Source: Atractiella rhizophila (Eukaryota). Taken from it: 38,760 nt of DNA. Below the pieces are notes generated by a model. The model searched no databases. It was given only the letters and a program-made list of their open reading frames with translations, and had not been told where the DNA came from. Where the stretch lies: the NCBI GenBank assembly GCA_021432655.1, contig MU271617.1, positions 1 through 38,760 of the forward strand, written 5' to 3'. Shown one piece after another: positions 12,101 through 22,060 of this stretch. Every line of letters begins with the position of its first letter. Positions within the stretch are counted from its first letter, which is position 1. The position numbers and the translations under genes are program-made.

Positions 12101-12535
12101 CTCCCTTATCGGAACCAAATGATGGACTCGACGATAAACGAAGAGAAACATGAACGATTATGCGCTTGCGGCTGGCGGACGAGTCGCAAATAGTAACTCA
12201 AGTCCCTTCCAAATCAGAGGAGGAGTATCGTCGCGGCCCGAAACTTCCTCACTTCAAACAGGCTCCAATACCTCCAAAGAGAGAATCGTGTGCGTTTCGT
12301 TGCTTGAATCGCACGGAAGCGAGCTTCTCGTAGGAACCAAACAAACGATCGAGAGATTCAGAGGAGTTCCTGCGAAAGTTGATTAGCGGAGGGGTTTTGT
12401 AGCGACAAGATACCAAGAGCGGCGCACAACCGATGATGGATATAGAGCTATCAGTTGATGCTCCATAAGTTGGTGTTTGGACCCTCGATCACGTGACAAT
12501 TCAACGAATCAAAGGCCTGCTTACTGCTTACATCA
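12101..12535 (-). mobile_element. Putative LTR retroelement 5' end: LTR (12120 to about 12468 or 12535) plus tRNA-Glu-type primer-binding site (12101-12117)
   Basis: Minus strand reads ...GAGTCCATCA-TT-TGGTTCCGATAAGGGAG: a CA end, 2-nt spacer and a TGG-initiated sequence complementary to a tRNA 3' end CUCCCU-UAUCGGA-A-CCA. Candidate inverted termini are TCCATAA (12462-12468) or CATCA (ending 12535). Confidence 0.6.
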
Positions 12536-13155
12536 CGTTTCCGTTGTCGCGTAGCCCTAAATCAGACGGGAGCCACTGTAGATCTTCCTTCGCCGGAGCC
12601 GCTGGGTGAGAAGAAGCGGAAGTAGGGGAAAGAACAGCAGGATAGTTAAATGATATCATGTTTGTCGATTCTGTTCACCCAACTTCTGGAGAGCACACTT
12701 CCTGTCCCAGAGACATGTGAGTTTGGCCTGTTTACTTCCGAGCGAAGGTATCACGTAAATCGTTGCTGTGTGGATCAAATCCCATTGCTCCTACATTCAG
12801 TTTTTTCAATGTTTTCTAGCGGGATCTTGCGCGATGTTTGTCCAGCTTCAAAGCAGTTTGCATCCTGACATGTGAATTCAAAAATTTCGATTAGAAGGAT
12901 AGTACCCCTCTTAACTCCTCTGCAGGGAGTTGAGATGGCGATCACCTATTCAACGATAAAGAAGGACACTTGTCATAGGAGAAGTCATAGCAGATACGAT
13001 GGACAGAACAAGCTTGGGGAAATAGATGAGATAGGCTTCAAATTGTAAGGATGGACGTGATTGAGGGTGCCAAACAACCGGATTTGAGCGTTACTCTCGC
13101 CTTACTCTGGTGTTTTCGTTTTGAGGCGCAACGACCATTGTCGTTCCAGGCCACC

Positions 13156-14153
13156 ATGGCCAGTCCATTTATTTCTCTAGTGCAGCTTGCACAAGTATTT
13201 TATGATAGGTTTGAACGTGTAAGTAAGCTTGAAATGCTTTTGAAAACGAGAGAGAACAGAAATCGAAGGCGCTAACACGATGACACTTTGCCTCTCGTCG
13301 TTCATTCTCTGCTCATGATGCAAATTACTCATTAAATGGGCTCTGCACAGGCTTACAACAGCACGGAAGACGTTTGCGAGCTCCTTGAGCAGCTGAAAAC
13401 GTTACTTGAGAATATTCGGCTCCTGGAACATATAGCTGGACACGAGTTTTCAAATATTATTGGGAAAGCAGCGGAACAGTATGCCAGGTAAGCTCCTTCT
13501 TGCGTGCTGAAAGGGCAGGTGTGAAAAAAAAATTACAGCCTGGTTCGACGACACGATGCTGCCTTCAACGAGTACGCCAAGTTGGGTTCACTCCGACGGG
13601 CTTTTAAAGTCTCTCAAATTGAGAGACATGTTAAGCGCGTTGGGAGTGACGTCTTTCGTATTTATGTCGAACTCAACGTGTGTATCCTCTTGCCGCAGAT
13701 AAGATCACTGAAGTGCACCAGTTCCGGCTCTCGATACTCGTTTTTCACAAAACATACGAAACGCGGAAACAGCAAAATACCATACCCGCACAGAATCAAG
13801 ATGAGCTCAAGGAACCTCGCGCCTTTCAGCTTGAACAAGCGAGAAGATCCCCTGAATGGTCAGCCCTCTTCCTGCGACTGCAGCGCATAATTGCTAGTTC
13901 GCCAGAATTGCAGGAGAAGCTCTCAGTGATTGCATCTTCTGAAACTGAGTGGCCAGTCTGTTCTTCCAACCCAAATTCCCTCTCTCAAGCCACAGATATA
14001 TCGAGTCCAAGCAACGCCTCAGAAACTTTGTTTCTGGCAGCAATTGGATTTTCATGCCAGCTAGTGGTGTGTTCATTGATTGCCCTCGGACTCATGATTT
14101 CAGGACATATATCTTCCAATGCGTCCCCTTCGTTGGCATTTGACCTCGATTAA
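13156..14153 (+). CDS. About 256-aa protein with N-terminal MLKL/HeLo-like four-helix-bundle domain and hydrophobic C-terminal segment
   Basis: GCCACCATGG start; exons 13156-13218, 13351-13487, 13539-13677 and 13722-14153 join in frame via GT-AG introns. MASPFISLVQLAQVFYDRFERAYNSTEDVCELLEQLKTL...LRRAFKVSQIERHVKRVGSDVFRIYVELNFRLSI resembles the MLKL N-terminal domain pattern (by eye). Confidence 0.62.
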
Positions 14154-16566
14154 TGGCTTTCAGTCTCAAACAATGCCACAATGTTTGATCTTTGTATGTT
14201 TGTTGTGTTGCTCTATGTGTTAGGTTTTTAAACATTCTTACTTAACGGTAGATTTGGTCTGGTATTATCATGTGCATCTTTAATTGATGTATTGGATAGT
14301 ATTGCAATGGAATCGCTTCGTGTTTCTCCAACATTTTCCGGCCGACCGGAATGATCGATGGAAAAGCCACGCAAATAAAACCAGCAAAGCAAACAGACAA
14401 AACATTAGATACAATGGCGTAATTGGTTTAAGAGTTTGAAAGGCATTTTGAGGGTGATAGGAACAGCTCTCTCATTCGTATAGGAAGGATCGGAGTATAT
14501 ATCCTTCTCCTTCTTTCACACCCTCTATCTTATCCTTAATTCCAGATTGAGAACGCTCCAAGAGTGGGTAGAGCGCTGGCTTGACAACACATGCTTGTGC
14601 AAGGACGACTGCTTGTGAATGCTCGGGATCGAATGCGAGAGCATACAGGTATCAAAGGATCGAAAAAGCATTCATTTTCTTTCTTAGCTCACGCTCATTT
14701 CCTATCACACCTTACGTTGAGAATCAAAAGGGCTGAGGCGACTTCTATCCCGTCGTGAACTACACTGAGTTGCACTTCGAATTTGGTAAAAAGAGTAAAA
14801 CTAATTCTTGAGTGGAAACAAGGAGAGCTGCACTTCTCTTCCCCAATTACTTGTATGCCACTCTGAAGAGGAAGCTTACTGAAAACACGCTTTGATAGTA
14901 ATGGTGCACAGAAGGGGCTTATCAGAGAGTAGAGAGTCAACGAGCGTTCACTTTTCTAGGTGCACACAGTGTCAAACTCCAAAACTACCTCCACACTCTC
15001 CTCCTCCTTTGGAGACAAATCAAGATATGCTTACTTCAGAAAACATCAGCATTAAAACAAAGATGAGAGAAGTCATCAAACTTGGGTAAGCTAGAGAGTT
15101 CAAGCCAATACTTCGCTAGACCGTACAAGTCAACTCCTCCTCGTTCCTTGTCCTGTTTTACTCTTTTAGTTTGTCTTGACCGAGAGGGCCAGTTTGAGCG
15201 ACACGACAAATCAAAACGCAGCCACAAGAGCGCGCGCTCCAGTGGCATTTGGCGTTGCCCATCTTGCGACTCTGTAGACCATCGAGAGAACAAAAGTATA
15301 CCAAACCAAGGTTTGGCAACCCTGAAACTATACGAGTCAAGCTGAACAGTGTCCGTGTGAGCTCTAGAGCGCTTTTTTGGAAGTTTAGAGCACAACATTT
15401 TATCCCTTAAGGCAAGGCTCGAACGACAACGGAGAAGCCCTTGAAATGCCTATGGAGTACTTCAACCGCTTCGCTATAACGTTCCATCACTGCGATATAT
15501 CACCATTTGAGGTCTTTTTATGACATCTCTTGATGTACATGCCAAGATGTCATTGTTCCTCCCGTCGCAGCCGTAAAGACGGTAACTCAGGATCACACAG
15601 GCAGCTCTCGGCTCTAGGCCCACAAGACCTCCAAGACAAAGAAACGTATAACAATATTGTAGCCACGATAAGCAGCCTCTTAATCCGAACGTTTAGTTAA
15701 TAACATTCCGTCATAACTCTTCTTATGGGTATGGGAGTAAGAGAAGTAGAGGTATTCTGGACGAGCGACGTTTCACTCTGCGATTTTTTGCGACGCAGGT
15801 TTTTCCTCGATGAACTACTTTGCATTGAAAAGAAAAATAGAACGCTCTTGCACTCCGTCACCGTTAAAAAGATGGTTGGGACGCACCTCAGACGTATTAT
15901 TGGGCTAGGCATCAATCGCTCTCAATCCGCAACACCCAATCAGAGCTCCTCTCCATCACTCGGAAACCTTGCTAAATCACCAAACAATACGCGGCAGAGA
16001 TGAGATCGAGAGAAGCGATAAGTGCAAAAGGGGGAACCTGTCTCAGCAGAAACAAGATCACCGCTGAAGTTGACGCACGTGCCGTATTCCTGCACTTTTC
16101 TTTTTCTGAAAAGAACCACTGGCAGTCATTCTCAAAACCCTGCTCAAAATTGCCTGTCTAGCAAACACCCAGTGAAAGATTTTGACCCAATGTCCACAAA
16201 TTTCTTTATTCCTTCACGTAAATGGATCGGATAGCGTGTATCTGTCACCGACAGCGTCCATGAAAGGACAACTCAATTATGGCTTCTATCAGCTTCTGTT
16301 ATGTCGATCCACTCGTGCTCATCTCATCTCTGAAACGCTCTTTGATTCGAGCCCTATATAATTATACGAGGAAGGTTTCACACGGTTCAGGTTCAGGTTC
16401 ACGGTTATTCGAATATGTTGCACAAATGGCCCGGAATGGGTGAAGTAGCTGATGGAACACTGGAGGCTGGAAACGGAAGGCCAAGAAGATAAATGACATG
16501 TCCCATCGTTTTACCCACACCTCACACTCAAACGCAACTGCAGCCCTTTGAGCAGAGAATCGCTCC

Positions 16567-18666
16567 ATGGCGTCAAGGACTTTCAAGTCGCTCACAGCCT
16601 CTCGCTTTCTCTTTTTGCTAACGATTCTCAACATCATTCTCTTCCTTGCACGGCTCAAGGGCCTTCCGGGTTACGAAGATCAATGGCAGGAAGATCTCGA
16701 TGAAGGAGCCTTAGATGGTTCAGTGGAAGGTGATTATCAGCCTGAGGTCATCTGAACTCGAGTGGCAAGATCTGACTTGCCGAGGAAGATGTAGGAGTCG
16801 AATTGAAATCAAGACACGACGACCAACTTCGCCTTTCGCCGGGTCATTCAGAGCGATTCTCTTCTTCAAAGGGAGACACCCTCAGTTCTCCCTCAATCAT
16901 TTCTCCAGGTTTGTCTTTTCACGTCTGAAGCTTATCCGGCCCATCCCAGTACGTTGAGCTTATTCCTCCAATTCCAGAGAGAATCCCATCCTGCGATCCC
17001 GCCGACTCCCTTTCCAATCCGCGCACCATCGCGTATGGTCGTGATGCAGTTCATTTATCGCTCGCTCATGAAGGGACGGGAAATCGGGTGCGGAGGTTCT
17101 TGAAGAAGCTGAGAAGCGGCAAGGGGGTGAAGATTGGAGTATTGGGAGGTTCAGGTAGAGTCACCTCTCGTTCCGCACCGATATTGAGAGCTGAACACGT
17201 GTTTATCTTCATTTCAGTAACGAGAGGACATGGCTTACAGAAAGAGGAAGGCGGGGTGATGAAGAATGCATGGCAATATAGAATCTTCGAATGGATGAAA
17301 GAGCAGTTTCCGGACGCTCAGCACGAGCTGTTCAATGGACCAGTGCCAGCCGTGGTCGTGTACGTCTTCAACTCCGTAGAGGGAGATTGATGCCAATATG
17401 AAGAGAGGGCAGACAATATTTCTCCGTTTGCTTCTCCCAGCACATACCCGTAGATGAGGTAGATCTAGTCTTTGTACGGGCTCCTCGTTTCCTCCCTGTC
17501 TTTTCTCTCATGGTCTTTCTGGATCAAGGTTGAGCTAGACATCAACTCCCAGCGTAGTGACGAAGCCTTTCGCGCATACGATTCATTATATCGCTCACTC
17601 CTCTCCCTCCCTCAATCTCCCGCCGTCATCGCTATTTCTACATTTGCGCTCGTCTTCTCTGAAATCGGTACGGGCTGGCCATCTATGCTTCCCGTGGCGC
17701 AATACAATGACATTCCCATCATCACCATCCGGAATTGGCTTCTCCCTCACCTACTTCTGCATCCGTTGGATAAGGATATACTGTTCTTCAATGAGAAACT
17801 CGACCATTGGGATAATCGACATATCAATCACGTGGGACATCAGGTCTTAGCGGATTTCACAATCCTTTATCTGCAAAAGCAACTTTGTGAGTTGGAGTTG
17901 AGAGAGAACGAAGTCTGGAGGGAGAAGGTGGAGAGGCCAGGCACTGAGTGGACGAATGTCAATACTGCCGAGTTTGGGGAGGTCCCAAAGGTTGATTTTC
18001 CGCTCAATGTTTTTGTCCATCACGCTGACAACTTGCTTTCAGATTAGACTGACCGACCGCTTCCCTTGGGAATCCGATTCACCCATGATCACGTCAGAGG
18101 AAATGACCCAGCCTCTCTGTCGCACGCTGGCATCCGAACTCGACCCACTTGTACCTTCTTCCCCTCTTCCCTCCTCAGGTACCACGGACGTTACCGAAGG
18201 TGGGTCAAGTTCCCATTCGCCTCCCATCATAGGATGGACACAAGAGCGTATCGACGACAAACCATTCTTCGTCTCCCGTGTTCCTTTCACGAGGATCAGC
18301 TTCAGCATCTCCGTTTCTAAACCCGGCGACGCGAAGATAGCTCTGGGACAAGGAGGGGAGGTGGGACTGTTCATTTGGCGTACACCCGTCACTGGGGACG
18401 AAGGCATGGGCAAGGCTGCTTGCTGGATCGAAGGCGTGCATGAGGAGCCGGAGGAGGGATGGGGAGGGAGAGACTATTTGAACTGGGAAGGTGCAGTCGT
18501 GGATGGATATAAAAGTGAAGGGTTGAAGTTGGTCGAGTGGACGCGACCTTTGAGGTTCAAGAGAGCCGTGAAGGAAGGAAATCATACATTACATTGTATG
18601 CTCCTTCCTTTTACAAGCAGCGGGGGGATAGAGTTCAGGATTCAGGGGATCACCGTGATGAGTTGA
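16567..18666 (+). CDS. CAP64/CAS3-like SGNH-fold type II membrane protein (multi-exon)
   Basis: N-terminal TM, KIGVLGGSVTRGHG (block I), NGPVPA, DLVFVELDIN, RSLLSLPQSPAVI, AQYNDIPIITIRN, DNRHINHVGHQVLAD (DxxH). Confidence 0.8.
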
Positions 18667-18814
18667 TGCTTTCTATCGCCCTGTCATTTGTCCTTACACT
18701 CAATTTTGCTCAGTCTCCTGGTTAACCTCTTCTTGTATGTGATATTGGATAGCATATTGGATAGCATGTCGTACTGATTCCACGTGGTATAATCAAAGCA
18801 AACATCACATAAGT

Positions 18815-20777
18815 CTACTTCTTCCCATTTTTGTCACCTTCCTTATCCAAAAAAGGGTCATTGTCCTGAAACCCAACTGCCTCCTCACCCTCCTTCTCTC
18901 CCACCTTTGGCTTCTTAGCGATCGGTTTCCCAACCTTAAATTTAGCGACGAAGAAGCCATCCATATTGAGCGTATGCGGCCAAAACCGTCTTGTTTTCTT
19001 CAACGACTCGTCGAAGTGCTTCCCTCGGAAGTTGACGAATCCCTCTCGACCAAACTCTAGGCCGGTATCCACAAGCACTGCATGTGGACGCTTCTTTAAT
19101 GCGTAGTCGACGACCGCTTCGTCCTCTTCAACCGTAAGGGAGCAGGTACTATATACAACGTATCCGCCGCTGGTGGAAGTAGGAGCGACGGAGTCGATGG
19201 CGGATAAGATGAGCTCTTTCTGGAGGTGGGTAAGAAGAGCAAAGTCTTTTTCGGACTTCACCAACGGCTCATAAGCATTAGGTAGAGAGGGAAAGCGAAT
19301 GACGTACTTTGCTCATCTTCACACTTTGATCTTTGCTGATGACGCCGGTTCCACTGCACGGCGCATCGAGCAAAACTCTATCGAATCCACCAAGCACCTT
19401 CGGGAACTCTCGTCCATCATAATTGCTCACGACGACATTCCGACATCCCAACCTAGCCACATTCGCAGCCAAGCTCTTGCATCGTTTCTTGCTCGCATCG
19501 TTGGCGAAGATTGTCCCAGAATTTTGCATGAGAGCAGACATGTGAGTTGCTTTCCCTCCTGGTGCTGAGGACATGTCTAATATTCTTTCGTTTGGAAGCG
19601 GAGCAAGGGCGAGGACGGGAAGGAAGGAGGAGGCGGATTGGAGGATGTAATGACCTGCGAGGTATTCTGGTGTCGCACCTGTTGCGAGATTCAGTCTTTA
19701 CTCCGCTTTTTGAGGGAGTAGTTCAGGCGCACCGATAGGGATGCTGCTCTCGAATATTTGCAGACCCTCTTTGGTCCACTTTCCCAATCGGTTCAAGCGT
19801 CACTCCGCGATTTATCAAGGTCTGCGCCAGGTCTCTTCGCTTCGTTTTCAGGGTGTTCGTGCGGATTGTGACTGGCCGTTGAGTGTCTGACGAATCGAAG
19901 AAAGGGACAACTTCCTCAATGGGTAGGAGTTGGAAGAGCTTGTCGGCTAGATAAGTGTTATAGCCATAATACTCGCAAATATCGGAGATCAATAATTCGG
20001 ACATTTCATTCCTTGACCTGTTGGGCAGTTTCAGCGTTTGCGAGCAAGCGAAAACGAAAGAGGAAACAACGGACCGTCCTCCTTTCAGTTCTTCGTAATC
20101 TGGATTCTTCCAATCCCTCAGCACCTTCACCGAGCTCTGCATCCGCATCTTCACAAACTGGAGATCCGGAATATTGCCTCCCTTGGACCGGCGCAAGCTG
20201 TCGTCCAACGGCCCATTGGCATGCGGGCTTTCATCGTCGTCCATTTCTTCCTCGGGTTGCTGGAACATCTCTAACGTCTCGGAAGGTTTGGAGTTTTTGG
20301 CGGACGTTGAAGCGCCTGGTGCCTCCATTTCTGCATCGGATGAAGAAGCTTCTCCTTCCTGTTCAACCTCGCCGTCAACAGGTAACGAATCAACCCATTC
20401 GTCCGTCTCCGGAAGGCCATCATCAGGTTCAATGAGATCTTCTTCATCAAAAAGAGCCCTTCAAGGGAGAGCTTCATTTAGCTCGAAATCCTACCAGTAA
20501 CGACAAAACGAAAAATGGCTCACTCTCGATCCCTCTCAAGCCCATCTCCTCCATCTCCATCCTCAAACGCCTCATCGTCCCACTCATCGTCCTCTCCCGC
20601 CTTCTTCTTTCCCTTCCCTTTGCCAGTGACTTTCGCAGCTCCAAGCGAAGTCTTCCGCTTCTTTGCGTTGCTAGCCCCGTCTGTAGCTGGCGCTTTTCGC
20701 TTTTTCGAACGAGGATCGGGCTTGGTGCTCCCGAGTGGAGCCGGCGAGGGCTGCTTCAGACGTGCTTTCCGTCCCAT
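18815..20777 (-). CDS. NOP2: 25S rRNA cytosine-C5 methyltransferase Nop2 (multi-exon; apparent frameshift at about 19781)
   Basis: YYGYNTYL, RPVTIRTNTLKTKRRDLAQTLINRGV, GATPEYLAGHYILQ, LDMSSAPGGK, FDRVLLDAPCSGTGV, VYSTCS, NMDGFFVAKFK. Confidence 0.96.
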
Positions 20778-20933
20778 TTTGTGATTTTGCTGCAGAAATA
20801 CTTCACTTCAAAAGCAAGCTGTTAGAGAATTTTTTCAAACAATCGGGATGAACCCTAGTCAGGGCTCTGGTTTGTCACTAAGGCAGCAAAAAGTTACGTC
20901 AGTCACACAACAACTCACTCACAGAACTCGAGC
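20778..20933. promoter_or_regulatory. 156-bp divergent promoter between NOP2 and the SMN-like gene
   Basis: RRPE-like TGAAAAAATT (minus, 20828-20837), AACCCTA (20851-20857), TTACGTCA (20894-20901), HomolD-type CAGTCACA (20900-20907). Confidence 0.55.
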
Positions 20934-21805
20934 ATGTCGCGTATCCTCACATCCTACGCAGATATTGACTCTCCTTCGACTCATGCACAACCTCGCACGA
21001 GTTTAAGCGTTGGTGGCGAAAAAATCTGAAAAGGAAACGGTCTTCCTCAGCAGAACGTCCTGCCACACAGATACCAGAGCTGAAAATGGAAGATTTGAGT
21101 TGCTCTGAAGAAGAAGAAGTGGTTGACTACGAGGAAGAAATAAATACGATAGCCGTGGTTCCTTTGGACGTAATTAATACTGAGGCGTTAGAATGGCACG
21201 ATGATGCTTTTTTGCAGGTCAGTCCTCATATTTTGAAGACCTGGTAAGATAACACTAACGCACAGAATGGTGGACACAGGTATGGAACGCTGCTGTGGAC
21301 GATTGGAAAGTTGCTAACAACCTTTTGGACCCCAACTCAACCTCACGGCGAACGAGTGACCTGTTCGTTCTTCGTCCTTTCTCTCTTCAGGAAATCGACA
21401 AGTAATCTCACCTTCTTATTCTTAGATGGAATTTGCCTTCGTTTTCTCAGGATGAGACAGCAGTGGAGCAAACACAGCCCACCTGCCCTTCAATCCCCAT
21501 CCAAAATCCTTCCGAGCGCCACTACAACGACAGTCGTGCAGAGCTCCGTGAGTTCAGAGGAGCACGACAAACCCAACGCAAGTTTCGTCCCTCCGCATCC
21601 GATCCAATCGCTCCCATCTGCCCTCCAAACGCTCTCTGAATGTCCAGAAATGAGTTCTACGGTGCACGACGCGCTTCAAGCGTGGTACGACGCGGGCTAT
21701 AAGGCTGGTCCGTTTTCGCTCATTTTGTCCAGCTTCGAAGTGGCTGATGAGCTTATGGGGGGAGCAGGCCGGTTGCATGCGCGGCTGGAGGAGATGGGGA
21801 AGTAG
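20934..21805 (+). CDS. SMN (survival motor neuron)-like snRNP assembly factor (multi-exon; apparent frameshift at 21019-21024)
   Basis: WHDDAFLQVWNAAVDDWK resembles the Gemin2-binding WDDxxL motif; C-terminal ALQAWYDAGYKAG resembles the YG box. Confidence 0.72.
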
Positions 21806-22060
21806 GACAGTCTGTTTAACGTGCGATTGTCAAAGAGGATCCTTAAATACTTGTAGCTCGATCCCTCATTGATTTGACGGAATGTCTTTCCCTGCCGAGT
21901 AGGGTAGTTTTCATGCTCTCGCTCATCACAGAAGGTTGAAATAGAGAAGGATAAGTTATGCACTTTTGATTAGCATGAACAAGTAGCTATCAACACCTCG
22001 ACACAACATAGCAACCAGATGTATATATCTCCAACATCCTCCATAACTAGGATGAATGTA

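Noticed and set aside
11731..12193. ORFs spanning the N run
   Set aside because: Artefacts of translating N bases.
18742..18767. Short tandem repeats (ATATTGGATAGC x2; also GGTTCA x3 near 16384 and GTCAAA x3 near 24101)
   Set aside because: Ordinary slippage repeats with no spacer structure; not CRISPR-like.
19775..19790. GGGAAAG as a -1 ribosomal frameshift heptamer
   Set aside because: It is phased GGG AAA G rather than G GGA AAG, and the shift required is +1.
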